Assembly: GCA_963699545.1 (NCBI GenBank)
Contig: CAVOUE010000003.1
Location: 800,001 to 864,000 of the forward strand
Length of the DNA: 64,000 nucleotides
Direction of reading: 5' to 3'
Origin: Nitrospirota bacterium
GTDB lineage: Bacteria; Nitrospirota; Thermodesulfovibrionia; Thermodesulfovibrionales; UBA9159
Both the position numbers and the translations under genes were made by a program. Below are positions 19,330 to 30,208 of this stretch, piece by piece. How positions within the stretch are numbered: position 1 is the stretch's first letter; each line of letters begins with the position of its first letter. The notes under the pieces were generated by a model. It ran no database searches. It was not told where the DNA came from and saw only the letters and a program-made list of their open reading frames with translations.

Positions 19330-19954
19330 TCACGTCATCGGGGAGTTCGTCTCTATCGTCTTTTGTCTTGGGAAAGTGTTTTGCCAGCAGTTCCCCTGAC
19401 TCTTTGATCGCTTTGCAGAGGGCGTCGCAGGCCCGGCCCTTGGCGATGCCTTTCGATACCTCCGCCGCAAATTTGTTCAGGGTCTCTTGCCCGATCTTTC
19501 TGTGGATCCCCTTGTCCGCGAGTACCCAGACCTTCCGCTCCAGCAGAGAGATGAAGAAGAGCACGCCGGTATGTTCCTTCGTCCTGCTCAGCCCCTTCTC
19601 ATGGAAGGCGCTGATAGCACGGTGGCGCACTGCGTGTTCCTTCCTTCCCGCGCCGAGAAAGGCGGTCCTGAGGGGATGAAATTTTCTGAAGACGATCCTG
19701 AAGGGAAAGAAGAAGCTAAATGCCAGGGGGATGAAGAACCACATCGAGGCATTGAAGAAGAAACCGGTTATCGCCAATGAAAGGAGGCTTGCCACCGCGA
19801 CGCCTCCCATGACCTCCCCGTCCCGGTACTCGTCACTTCTGTCCACAACCATCACCACCACTTCTCCGATGGTGCAGCATTCCACCTCGCGGGTCGTCTC
19901 TTTTATCCGCTTTCTTTCCTCTTCGCTGAAAAAATGTTCAACGCTGTGTTTCAT
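19304..19954 (-). CDS. TPM-domain membrane protein (LemA operon)
   Basis: TIGEVVVMV...GVLFFISLLERKVWVLADKGI...DELPD. Confidence 0.8.
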   Translation of the reverse strand: MKHSVEHFFSEEERKRIKETTREVECCTIGEVVVMVVDRSDEYRDGEVMGGVAVASLLSLAITGFFFNASMWFFIPLAFSFFFPFRIVFRKFHPLRTAFLGAGRKEHAVRHRAISAFHEKGLSRTKEHTGVLFFISLLERKVWVLADKGIHRKIGQETLNKFAAEVSKGIAKGRACDALCKAIKESGELLAKHFPKTKDDRDELPDDVITERDAGT

Positions 19955-20823
19955 TACCAGTCTCCTGATGCCCCGCCGCCGCCGAAGTCGCCTCCTCCGC
20001 CACCGCCGAAGTCAATGCCTCCTCCTCCGCCGCTGCTGCCGAACCCGCCGCCGGTAAACCCTCCGGGCCAGAATCCTCCTGCTCCGCCGCCTCTGCCACC
20101 GGCGGAGAAGAGCGCGGGAAGAAAGAGTCCGAGGATGAAACCCACGACCGCAAGAATAAGCAGACCCAATACGCCGATGGATATGGACGCCAGAAGTATG
20201 CTCAGGGGAAGTCCCACCGCACCGCCGACCGCCCCGAGGGGCCGGGACATGCTCCCGAGAACAAGGATGGCGATACCGCCGAAGATCAGGAACGTGAGGA
20301 GGCGTGACGGGGCGTCGCGCCTCCTTGCCGTGTGGTTTCCGTCAGCCTTGAACTCGCCGCGCGTGGCGTCGATGATGGCAGAGACACCTGCGGTGAAGCC
20401 CCCGTCATAATCGGCACGCTTGAACCTCGGTTTCACCACAAGGTCAATGATCCTCCCGGCCATCAGGTCGGTCAGCTTCCCCTCAAGTCCCCTTCCCACC
20501 TCTATCCGTATCTTTCTCTCCTGTTTTGCCACGATCAGGATAATGCCGTTGTCCTTACCCTTCTGCCCGATCTTCCACGACTCGGCGACCTTGATGCCAA
20601 AATCCTCGATCACTTCTCCCTCCAGTGATGGCGTGGTCAGGATGACCACCTGTGTCGAGTCGGACCGTTCGAATGCCTGCAGCTCGCTTTCGAGCCGGGC
20701 CCTGGTCTCCGGAGAGATCATCCCCGCGTAATCGTTCACGTAGCCCTGAAGTTTGGGAACGTCGAGCGCGTGGGCGGCCCATACGGACAGGAGAAAAAAT
20801 CCCGCTAAGAAAGCTCTCTTCAC
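19954..20823 (-). CDS. TPM domain (YgcG-like) protein
   Basis: VNDYAG, WKIGQKGKDNG, RIEVGRGLEG and a C-terminal GGGGDFGGGGASGDW. Confidence 0.9.
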   Translation of the reverse strand: MKRAFLAGFFLLSVWAAHALDVPKLQGYVNDYAGMISPETRARLESELQAFERSDSTQVVILTTPSLEGEVIEDFGIKVAESWKIGQKGKDNGIILIVAKQERKIRIEVGRGLEGKLTDLMAGRIIDLVVKPRFKRADYDGGFTAGVSAIIDATRGEFKADGNHTARRRDAPSRLLTFLIFGGIAILVLGSMSRPLGAVGGAVGLPLSILLASISIGVLGLLILAVVGFILGLFLPALFSAGGRGGGAGGFWPGGFTGGGFGSSGGGGGIDFGGGGGGDFGGGGASGDW

Positions 20824-21411
20824 TTATGGGAACTGGACCTTGGGCGCCTTCTCGGCCCCGGCCTCAGCCTTGAACGGCTCCTTCAGTTTGAGATGGAGCA
20901 GGAGGCTGTTGGTAAGGCTGTTGGGGAATACCCGGATGGAGGTATTGAACGTCTCCACCGCCTTGTTAAACCGTACCCGCGCAACATTGATCCTGTTTTC
21001 GGTCCCCTCCAGCTGGTGCTGAAGGTCCTGGAAATTCTGGTTTGCCTTGAGGTCCGGATACTTCTCCACCACCACCATGAGCCGCGACAGTGCGCTGCTC
21101 AAAGCGCCCTGGGCCTCCTGAAACTGGCCGAATGCCTTTGGGTCCTCCAGGATGTTCTTTGATACCTGCATCGTGCCGACCTTTGCCCTTGCCTCTGTGA
21201 CCGCTACGAGGGTTTCCCTCTCGTGTTTTGCATACGCCTTCACCACTTCCACAAGGTTCGGTATAAGATCATTCCTCCTCTGGTAAGCTGCCTCAACGTC
21301 TCCCCAGGCCGCCTTCACCGTCTCTTCATTCGCCTGCATGATATTATATCCGCAGCCGGAGAGGCCAAACAGGATACCGACCAGCATGAAGTACACAAGA
21401 TATCTCTTCAC
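20824..21411 (-). CDS. lemA: LemA family protein
   Basis: [26 protein letters not shown] and [11 protein letters not shown] start after GAGGAGG. Confidence 0.9.
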   Translation of the reverse strand: MKRYLVYFMLVGILFGLSGCGYNIMQANEETVKAAWGDVEAAYQRRNDLIPNLVEVVKAYAKHERETLVAVTEARAKVGTMQVSKNILEDPKAFGQFQEAQGALSSALSRLMVVVEKYPDLKANQNFQDLQHQLEGTENRINVARVRFNKAVETFNTSIRVFPNSLTNSLLLHLKLKEPFKAEAGAEKAPKVQFP

Positions 21412-21521
21412 TCTTTCCTCCTCGTCTTTTTTTGTTAGAGTTGTTACCGAAAATATTGTAAACAAAAAAAAGCATAAAAGCCATAGATGGCGCATCATTT
21501 TTTGTGGTATCATTAATTTTC

Positions 21522-22430
21522 ATGAAGACGATTGTGATCATCGTGGCGGCATTTTGCATCATGGTTCCTGCCTCATCCCTCCTGGGCGCCGAGTCCTATC
21601 CCTACGGAAAGGACCAGACGGTCATTGGGTATCTGCAGGAACATACGGTAGAAGAGGGTGAATCCCTGATCGAGATCGCGCGGTATTTTGACCTCGGATT
21701 CAATGAGATAGATGATGCAAATCCTACCCTGAACGCCTTTGTCCCGGGGACGGGAGCTTCAGTTACAATACCTGCGTTATGGGTGCTGCCCGACGTGGAT
21801 CACCCAAGCGGAATTGTGATCAACCTTTCAGAAATGAGGCTTTACTATTTTTTTATACAGGGCAAATCAAAGGTGGTGAGAACGTACCCGATAGGAATAG
21901 GCGACGAGGGCACTGATACGCCCGTGGGGACCTTTACCGTGATCCAGAAGGCCGTAAATCCCGTGTGGTACGTTCCTGCATCCATAAGGAAAGAGAAGCC
22001 TGAGCTGCCCAGGGCGGTTCCTCCCGGACCGGAGAATCCCCTCGGTTCCCATGCGTTGCGGCTTTCCATCGGCCCTGTTCTCATCCACGGCACGAACAAG
22101 CCCTTCGGCGTGGGACGAAGAGTGAGCCATGGCTGCATACGGCTGTATCCTGAAGACATCCCGGAGCTTTACGGTATCGTCCCGAATGGAGCGAAGGTGA
22201 CCATTGTGAGGCAGCCTGTTAAAATAGGCGTCAGGGACAACCGGATATATATCGAGGTGCAAAGGGACGAACACCTGAAGGAATTTAACTACTTTAACGA
22301 GGCGGTGCGGATATTGACAAAGAAAGGGTTCCTTAAGGACGTGGATATGGAGAAGGTCTACCCGGTGATCGGAGAGAAGAACGGCATCCCGACGGTCATT
22401 TCGCTGCAAAAAGAAGGGTCTGAGAATTAG
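21522..22430 (+). CDS. L,D-transpeptidase (ErfK/YbiS/YcfS family, LysM-like region)
   Basis: VINLSEMRLY, PPGPENPLG and IHGTNKPFGVGRRVSHGCIRLYPEDI. Confidence 0.9.
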   Translation: MKTIVIIVAAFCIMVPASSLLGAESYPYGKDQTVIGYLQEHTVEEGESLIEIARYFDLGFNEIDDANPTLNAFVPGTGASVTIPALWVLPDVDHPSGIVINLSEMRLYYFFIQGKSKVVRTYPIGIGDEGTDTPVGTFTVIQKAVNPVWYVPASIRKEKPELPRAVPPGPENPLGSHALRLSIGPVLIHGTNKPFGVGRRVSHGCIRLYPEDIPELYGIVPNGAKVTIVRQPVKIGVRDNRIYIEVQRDEHLKEFNYFNEAVRILTKKGFLKDVDMEKVYPVIGEKNGIPTVISLQKEGSEN

Positions 22431-22445
22431 AAAACCCTCAGACCC
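22416..22445. terminator. hairpin between convergent genes (possible bidirectional terminator)
   Basis: GGGTCTGAG...CTCAGACCC inverted repeat. Confidence 0.5.
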
Positions 22446-22458
22446 CCCTGCTCATGCC

Positions 22459-22836
22459 TTATTTCTTCTGCTTCAGTTCAAATGCCTTTGCCGCCTTTTC
22501 AGCCGCAGCCTCTGCTCTGGCAGCCGCAGCTTCCGCTCTTCTTGCCGCAGCCTCAGCTTTGTCGCAACATTCTTTTGCCAGTTTCATTGCGTCCTGAGCC
22601 ATTCCCTTGGCATCTGCCGCGTCTTTCTTTGCCTGGGCAATATCGGATGACATTGCGCCAACCTTTCTCTCCAGATCGCTCATCCTGCTTTCGACCGCCG
22701 AAACCCTTGCTTCAAGCTTGCTGATCCTGTCGACAAGGGGATCGATCTGCTGCTTCACATATTCCTTTGTCGCACAGCCTGTGGTGAAGACAAATAAAAG
22801 ACTGAACGCTAACAATAATAATACCGCCTTCTTCAT
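22459..22836 (-). CDS. Lpp/OprI-like alanine-zipper lipoprotein
   Basis: Lipobox TTG-CATKEYV, coiled coil, AEAAARRAEAAA zipper and C-terminal KQKK. Confidence 0.8.
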   Translation of the reverse strand: MKKAVLLLLAFSLLFVFTTGCATKEYVKQQIDPLVDRISKLEARVSAVESRMSDLERKVGAMSSDIAQAKKDAADAKGMAQDAMKLAKECCDKAEAAARRAEAAAARAEAAAEKAAKAFELKQKK

Positions 22837-22933
22837 TCCTCTCACCTCCTTTCCTCAGGAATTCCGTATACCCGTTAAAAGCATACACTGAAATTCAACA
22901 GAATTCAACCTCCCTGTGCAATTTTTTGTTTTA

Positions 22934-22961
22934 TTGACACATCGTTAAAAAGTAATATACT
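22934..22961 (+). promoter_or_regulatory. sigma70-like promoter
   Basis: TTGACA-N16-TATACT upstream of the methyltransferase at 23106. Confidence 0.5.
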
Positions 22962-23105
22962 TCTTCTTATGAGTATCTCTTAAGGTCTTTGGATCAGAAG
23001 GCGTTGGGTCAGGGCGGATAGTGAACTCGTATGCTCTGACCGGTGGGCATTTCCCCCGGCCATAATTAAAAGCATAGATACTTTTGAGAAAGAGGGAATA
23101 GTTAC

Positions 23106-24109
23106 ATGGGCATGAATTTGAAAGAGAGGTTGCTCAGGGCACTTGAGACGGGAGGCGGTGGACAGGCCGCCTGCTGCGGTTCCCACACAGAACGCCATTG
23201 TGGAGATAATGGAAAAGAGCGGGTATACGTGGCCCGCTGCACAGAAGAGAGCGAGGGAAATGGCCGGGTTGGCATGGGCTTGCCATGAGATCGGGGGGAT
23301 TGAAAGCGTGCGCGTCCCCTTCGATATCAATGTGGAAGCGGAGGCCATGGGCTGTGAAACCAGGTTCGGCGATGACAACTCGACGCCTCCCCTGTCGGCA
23401 CCGAAAACAAAAGCAGAATATGAGACAATCAGGATACCGAACCCGCGCAAGGATGGCAGGATGCCGGAAGTCCTTGAGGCGATAACCCTTCTGAAGGAGA
23501 AAACCGGCGATGAGGTCCCGTCTGATCGTTGCATTGGGGACGCCCTTTGAGCTTCTCTCGACCACCCTGAGTTTCGAGGATATCACGATGTCCATTCATG
23601 AGGATCCCGATTTTCTTGTGGAGCAACTGGAGAAGATGACCGGAATAGCAGAAACGTATGCAGCTGAGATCGAAAAGAGAGGGCCCGACGTGCTTATGCT
23701 GGTGGACGGAACCTCACAGTCCCTGGGTCCCGCATATTATGCACAGTTTTCCTTTCCCTACACCCGAGCCCTCGTGGATTCTCTGAACAAGCCGACAATC
23801 CTTCATATCTGCGGCAACGCCACGCCTCTGTTGGCCCAGATGGTCGGGACCGGCGTGGATGCCTTCAGCATTGACAAGCCCGTGGATATTCGGAAGGCGC
23901 GTGAGGCCACGGAGGGCAGAGTTGCCCTGTCGGTAATATTTCGCCGCATACCCTCTGCGCCGGAAGCAGGGAGGAGATCAGTGCAGAGACGGAGGAGTCA
24001 TTGAGAGAGGGAATGCGATGTTATTTCCCCTGGCTGCGGCATTTTGCCTCTAACACCCCTGGAGAAGCTGAGGGTGTACGTCGATCGTGTAGTCAAGTGG
24101 AAGGGATGA
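23106..24109 (+). CDS. MtaA/CmuA (UroD-superfamily) methylcobamide:thiol methyltransferase (frameshifted)
   Basis: KERLLRAL..VDRPP, ESVRVPFDINVEAEAMGC, ILHICGN and PGCG across ORFs 23106, 23143 and 23510. Confidence 0.8.
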
Positions 24110-24149
24110 AGAGGGGATAACTCCGCATGCGTTCCGGGACAAGTCCCTG

Positions 24150-24723
24150 TCATCCGGCGATCTCCCTGACGAGGTTCAGGAGGCGATCCAGGGTGATCGT
24201 CCTCCTTTCGACCGGAAGACCGGTGAATTCGCTGAATTTCCGCACCTTCTCCCCGTCGATGGGAATGACCCCCGTATCGAAGACGATGATCCTCTTGTAA
24301 TTCGCGAACATCGATTTGAAGTCGAAATCGAAATCCTCTTTTCCGAGGGTGAACATGTCTTCCCAGGCATTGACCCAGCCCGCTGAAAGAAAAAAGCTCG
24401 TCGCCTCGGAGTTCAGGCGCATCACCTCTTCCGCTCCCACCATCGCCTCAAGACAGTTGCCGGCTGCGATCCTTTTAGCGCCGTAGCGCTCAAGGATGTC
24501 CTGGATATCGGGATGACAATGACCATAAATAACCCTGATCTCGGTTCCCGCCTTGGGTTCTCCTCCAGGGCTTCGTGAGCTTTGCTTTCAGCTTGTCAAA
24601 GTTCACGTGCAGGGCAGCATCAAGGAAAACGATCTTCCAGTCGAGACCTTTTTCCCTGATGAGGTATTCCAGTTCTTCTCTGAAGATCCCGCAGCTTATG
24701 AATATGACGGATTTTTCAGTCAC
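24150..24723 (-). CDS. DUF1638 domain protein (frameshifted)
   Basis: ISCGIFREE, LDAALHV, YGHCHP, NCLEAMVG, FFLSAGW and YKRIIVFDTG. Confidence 0.75.
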
Positions 24724-24762
24724 GCAGACTCCTCGCCGCCGGGGCACGGCCACCTTGAGCTG

Positions 24763-25266
24763 CTAAAGTTCAAGAACAATGTCGCCGTCCTCTCTCAGCC
24801 TCGATTCGATCATCGCCCTGAGGTCAGAGAGCGAGACGTTGCAGCCCAGGTCCTTTGCGATGCCCTCCTGTACCGACACGAGGCAGTCGTGCTCTATGTC
24901 CGTCGCGACCGGCGCCGGGGGTTTGCCGATTATCTTGATGTTGCAGTGAAAGGTTGCGCGCTCCCCGTTTTTGCTGATCCGGAGGTTCCTTGGTTCGAAG
25001 GACACCGGCTGGAATACGTGGCTCGCATCGATGCGGTGGTAGCCGGTTATCTTCAACTCGTTCACGAGAAACCGCGAGACCGCATCTTCTCCCGCTGCGT
25101 CAGTGTCTATGAGCATGATGCTGCCGGGCCGGTTCTTCTTCGTGATCGTGGGTATGAGCTGGACGTTGTGGGCCCCGCAGGCCATGATCTTTTCCACGGC
25201 GAATCCGAGCACCTCCCCCGAGAGGTGGTCGACCTGAGCAAGAATGATGCGCGACTTCTTCTCCAT
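24763..25266 (-). CDS. LarC C-terminal-like (nickel insertion family) protein
   Basis: AQVDHLSGEVLG...GAHNVQLIPTITKKNRPG matches the LarC2 pattern; no His-rich LarC1 part. Confidence 0.65.
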   Translation of the reverse strand: MEKKSRIILAQVDHLSGEVLGFAVEKIMACGAHNVQLIPTITKKNRPGSIMLIDTDAAGEDAVSRFLVNELKITGYHRIDASHVFQPVSFEPRNLRISKNGERATFHCNIKIIGKPPAPVATDIEHDCLVSVQEGIAKDLGCNVSLSDLRAMIESRLREDGDIVLEL

Positions 25267-25280
25267 TGCGTCCGTTCCTT

Positions 25281-27065
25281 TCAAAAGTCGAGCCCCTTCA
25301 TAATATCTGCCGCCATTTGCGCAGCCTTCCTCAGACTTGGAGCCGGCAGTGCCATAATCACGTTGGCCGCCTCTGCCGACCGTTCCGCAGCCTCCTTGGG
25401 GTCCATTCCCAGAGCGGCTGCCATGCATGCACAAACGACCACATCCAGGGAAGAAGCGCCGCTGCAAAGCAGATCAATGATTGCCGGCGCCACCGCGGAG
25501 ATGGCATCGATTGTCTCCTGGTCGCCCTTCATGAGGGCCTCGGGAGCTGCAGTGGCGAGCACGTTCTTGAGCTCATATACCTTCCCGTCTATTTTGATCT
25601 CCACGTCGATGTAAGCGTCGAAGGCGAAATGTCTCTGGGCGAATGTATGGGTGCGCCTTCCCGATCCCGGCCGCACTTCGGTGAACTTTATATATTCAAT
25701 ATTTCTGTTCAACCGCGTGGACATGCTCTTGGCGACTGCATCAGCGATGGATTCGATATGCCGCTTCTGTACCTCGCGGAGGAGTTCCTCGAGGGACGTA
25801 CCCGTCTTCATCCTGCTGTAGGCGTAGATCGTCCTCTTTGCAACGGCGTTCGTAAGTCCCGGCTCAGTGGCGCGCAGGATAATGTCGGTGAGAGGTCCCC
25901 GCACAATGGCTTCAGCCTTCCGGGCAAGGAGATTGGTGACGGCAACAGCGTCTTCCTTCTGGAAATACTGATTCAGCGTACCCTGAATTACTGAAGATGA
26001 TCTCCTCCTGGGGGACGCCCTTCCCAAAAAGATGAAGCGCGAGGGTCGGCGAGGTGACCCAGTGGTGGATGCGGAGGGACGAACGGGGCCCCCTGCCCTG
26101 CCTGCCCCGATGCATTCCGCTCTCGCGAATTACGGAACAGAGTTCGCAGAACATGATCATCCCAACGACCGTCGGAGTGCCCGAGTCCTTCAAAATGATG
26201 GCAAGGTCACCCACTACCTGTGCGGTCCGTAATTCCTCGTTCGTTCCCCTGATGTGGATGATCTTCGGGCATGCCGGTTTCCTCCACCGCAGCCTTCGCC
26301 ACTGTCTCAGGGGTCCGCGTCACCATGAACTGCCCAAACTCTTCACCTACATAAGCGTCCGGGTGGATGATCTCGAGGGCGGCCGCTGAACCGAAGAGGG
26401 CAGAGAACCACTTGTTCGGCCTCATTCCTGCGGAATGATACGTCTTGATCATTGCCTGTGTCCCGATGCTCGCGAGTTTCTGACCGAGTTTCGGGAAAAG
26501 GTGGTCCTCGCCGATAGCCGAGTGGCCGACCACCGGACCTCCGGCACCGAGGGGAAGAAACCGTGAGGATCGTAAGGAGCGAGGTGTTCCCGGGCAGAGG
26601 GCCTGATAGATCGCAAGGGTCGCTGCAAATCCAGATATCTTGTTGTTCTGTTTCTCCGTCGGGACTGAAGCGAGATCCTGCCCGACGGGATCCCTGCGGC
26701 CATCCTCGCGACCGCGCCGAGTTTACGGTTGGGACAGGGCATTCCGCACTGCACGTTCACGCCCGCCCAGTAGAGCAGCATTGCTGCGCAGGCGCTGCAT
26801 TGGCAGGGTCGGCTCCGCACTCCATGAGCTTCTTCTGACCGCCTTTTCGCGAGTTCATCGACGTCGGTATGGGCCTCGTCGGTAGGCTCGAGTTCGAGCT
26901 TCCTTCCCGTTCAGTATCTCCTTCGGCGATGACGTTCGATGCCGCCCAAATTCCGAGATTGAAAGGCGCCCCAGCCGCCGAGACCTGCATCGAGCTTGTC
27001 AACGGTGAGGAACTCCGGTCGCGCGGTTACCGCCCTGAAGGTGGCGAAGTTCCTCTTTCTTCAGA
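25281..27065 (-). CDS. hypothetical protein of ~600 aa, function unknown (many frameshifts)
   Basis: Consecutive minus-strand fragments: ADPANAA, PNRKLGAVARMAAG, KQNNKISGFAA, GHSAIGEDHLFP, AALEIIHPDA, GDLAIILKDSGTPTVVGM, GRRTHTFAQRHFAFD. SD GGAAAGGAG near 27075. Confidence 0.65.
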
Positions 27066-27096
27066 TCTATGCTCCTTTCCAGCGGTCCGGATAGCT

Positions 27097-28128
27097 TCAT
27101 AGATCGCCACTCCGTGGCCACACTCGTAAACGCTCATATATTTTCGTAGGGGCACGGTCGGCGGTATGTCGCAGCCGGGCATGAGGATAAAGTCGCCGTC
27201 GGTTCCTGCAGCCGCAATTATCTTCGTGCAGGTCTCTTCCACGTTGCTCGGACGTCCTCTGAAGCAGTACTTTCACGGGATCTACGTTGCCGGCAAAACA
27301 CATTGTACCAAAAGCGTCTTCTTCGCCTTTGGCGATGTCCGTTTTGTGGTCGAGACTTATGCAGCTACGCACTGTGCGCGGGAAAGAGGTCGAGCCTGTC
27401 CGTCGTGTTCCCGCAGACATGGAGAATAGTCTGAGCACCCATTGATCCGGCCCAGTCGGTGAAGGTCTTGAGGTGGGGAACGACAAAGGTCGCAAACTGC
27501 TTCCGCGATATGAGGTCGCCCGAGGCGGTTGGCTCTCCGATCAGAAGGACTTCGAGGTTCCCTTTTCTGAGCGGCGCTTCGTAGAACTGCATGAGAAGCG
27601 GACGGCGAAGGCCAGCACCTTTTCTACGAAGAGAGGTCTCCTGAAGAGAGCCTTCATCATCGCCTCCTCACCGATAAGTCGCGCCCCAAGCGTAAAGGGA
27701 CCCCAGGAGGTAAGGGTGACGACATACTCGTCGCCAATCAGCGTCTGAGTCGCCGTCAGCGCCTCGCGGAGAGCGGCAATAACGGGGTCCCGCTCGACAG
27801 CCTTCACATCGAGCCTGTCGAGGTCTTCCTCGGAGGCGACGATGACAGACTCCAGGTCCGGCGCCCCGATTTCCCTGAAAACGATCCGGCCTCCGAGGGC
27901 CGCCACGGGGAAATTGGGAAAACCCGAGCCGACATAGACGATGTCGCTGCGGAGTCTTCCCGCCATATCGACGAGCATGGATGTCATAGCCCGGGAGTCC
28001 AGGGAAAGGTCCCTGAAGGTGGTGCCGTAATGATGGACGCTCCACATGCCGCCGCCGATGAGGGCCACCGGCACCCTGTCAGGCCGTCCGCCCCTGAGGG
28101 CGGTGTGGATGATCTCTTTCGGGGTCAT
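27097..28128 (-). CDS. UroD/MtaA-family methyltransferase (frameshifted)
   Basis: MTPKE..GRPDRVPV, WGPFTL, ILHVCGN, FAGNVDP and FILMPGCDIP. Confidence 0.8.
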
Positions 28129-28237
28129 GCGGTTCGGCGGGACCTCCTGTCACGTTTGTGCCGTCTGTGTGTCATTCTCCTCCATTGTATCGTACAGACG
28201 GATAAAAAGTAAGATACTCTCTTTTGGACGGAAGCGG

Positions 28238-28269
28238 AAAAAAAGGGGCGGCCTCTGCAGACCGCCTCC
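28238..28269 (-). terminator. intrinsic terminator downstream of cooS
   Basis: Minus strand GGAGGCGGTC-TGCAGA-GGCCGCCCC followed by TTTTTT. Confidence 0.7.
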
Positions 28270-28288
28270 GGCGATTGCATGAAAGGCA

Positions 28289-30208
28289 TTAATCGAACTT
28301 GATGATCTTTCTGTTTTTCATGATATGGGCCTCTATGACATCGGCTGCCTTTACCGGGTCTTCTTCGAAGAACAATCTGCCGCCGGTCACGTTGACAAGG
28401 TCTTCGGTCAGATATTTTACCACCGCGGACTGCCGCTGATCATCGGTTCAGGCGAGACATAGGTGAGCAGACCGTAGGAAAGGGCGGTAGAAGATGTCGG
28501 CGATTGCCTTCTGCTCCATGTATTCAGGTACGGCTGCGGCAACGGGCAGCTCGCTCGAATCGCAGCCTATTGTCCAGCACAGGGCCGCCACGGTATCGAG
28601 GATCTTCCCCACGTCGGTGCATGAACCGTAGGAAACGATGGGAGGGACATCGTATTTTTCACAGATCGACCTCAGTTCGGGTCCGGCGTGTTTCGCCATC
28701 TCCCTTGTCGAAAGGCCGAGGTTCTGGTGGGTCGAGGAGCAGCAGCCGGCCCCGATGACCATGATATTGCGTTTGATCAGCTCCATGGTCAGTTTGTGGA
28801 TCGCGTTTCCACCCTGTCCATGGCGGACAGTGGTGCAACCCGCAACCGCAACCGCGCCCTTTATGTTTCCCTTTTTCATCTCCTCAATATAGCTGTAAAT
28901 ACTGTTGCCGAACATCTTGAGAACGGTTTCGGTGGTGTACCCCGCGATGCACGTAGTCTTTGTCCTGTCGGAAGGCAGATTGATGATCTTCTTATGGCCG
29001 TTTCCGGACCTCCCCTTGAACTGTTTGATGGCGGTCTCGACTACCTGCTCCGCCTGCCTGTCGGCAACCTCGGGGTCGAAATCGAGAGCATCGACATCGG
29101 GGAAACGCACGACAGGGTCTGTGCTGATCAGTTTCGTGCCGTATTTGTCGGCGAAGGTCTTCAGGGTAGGCACCGAACAGTTCATATCCATGAGGAAGAG
29201 ATCGACCACGCCGGTGGCGACAAAAAGCTCTTCCTGTATCCAGTTGCCCAGCTGCCCGCCGAAGACGCTCTTATATTCTTCGCGGCTTGACACGTTCATG
29301 AGCTGCTGTCCCTCGCAGAGGGAGCCGTACAGCTTTATCCCCTTTGCGCCCGCCTGTTTTGCCGCTGCCTGGAAGCGTTCGCTGCCGGCCTTCTCCATGA
29401 TAAGGCTCGCAAACACCGGCTGGTGGCCATTGGCGATGATATTCACCGTTTCCGGATCGAGACAGGCAATGTTGTTCTCTCCGGGGACGAGATCGGCAGT
29501 GCCCATAACGATGTCCTGTATGACCGTGATACCCCAGAGCGCCACGTACTCGTTTGCGTTTCCGAGACGGAGCGCAGTTTTAAGCAGGTCGACGGGATCG
29601 TTGCTCACATTCGTCATGCACTTCGTCAGTGCGGTGAGTATCTCCGAACTCGTCCCTCCCGAGTAAAGACCCTCTCTTTTCCAGACCTCCTTTCTGCTGT
29701 CGAGTGCAAAGAGGTCCATGAGTTTGAGGGGTTCATGGACGGGCTTGCCGATCTCGTTGAGGATGAAATCCGCAAAGATGACTGCCAGTTCATTCACCGG
29801 TTTCGTATGGTCGATCCCGAGCCCCTGGCACATGCGCTGGAGTTTGACCTCGTCTTTCACCTTCAGGGAAGACCTCCCTTCCCCAATCGCCTTCAGGGTA
29901 TTGGCGAGGTTCCGGCACTGATAGGTATTGGCAGCGGTACCGATGATCGCGAGCTGGAGCAGGTTGCGAGCCACGATGAGATCGCCGTTTGCGCCGCAGA
30001 CACCCAACGGGGCCTTTGCGCTTATGCGGCAGGGGCCGTCGGAGCATAATTGACAACTCAATCCCTTCTTACAATAACTACATTGCGGCTGCTGGGCTTC
30101 GAACCTCTCGAATACCGTGCTCATGCCCTGAGATAATGCGGCCATGTGAATTTCATGGCTCTGCAAATCCTGATGTTTCCCTTCAACGGATGTCGGTCTT
30201 CGTTTCAT
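28289..30208 (-). CDS. cooS: Ni-Fe carbon monoxide dehydrogenase catalytic subunit homologue (C-terminal frameshift)
   Basis: CSYC-x5-CQLCSDGPC, GVCGA, NGHQP, DMNC, VAGCT, GAGCC, YGSCTD and PEYMEQKA. The tail ...FFEEDPVKAADVIEAHI ends at TAA 28289-28291. Confidence 0.88.

Noticed and set aside
19960-20110. GCC/CCG low-complexity repeat
   Set aside because: It is the normal Gly-rich tail of the TPM protein, not an array.
24553-25614. Long antisense ORFs (24553-25614 +, and similarly 5887-6936 -, 40123-41040 -, 47852-48841 -)
   Set aside because: Shadow frames of well-supported genes on the opposite strand, with no recognisable motifs.
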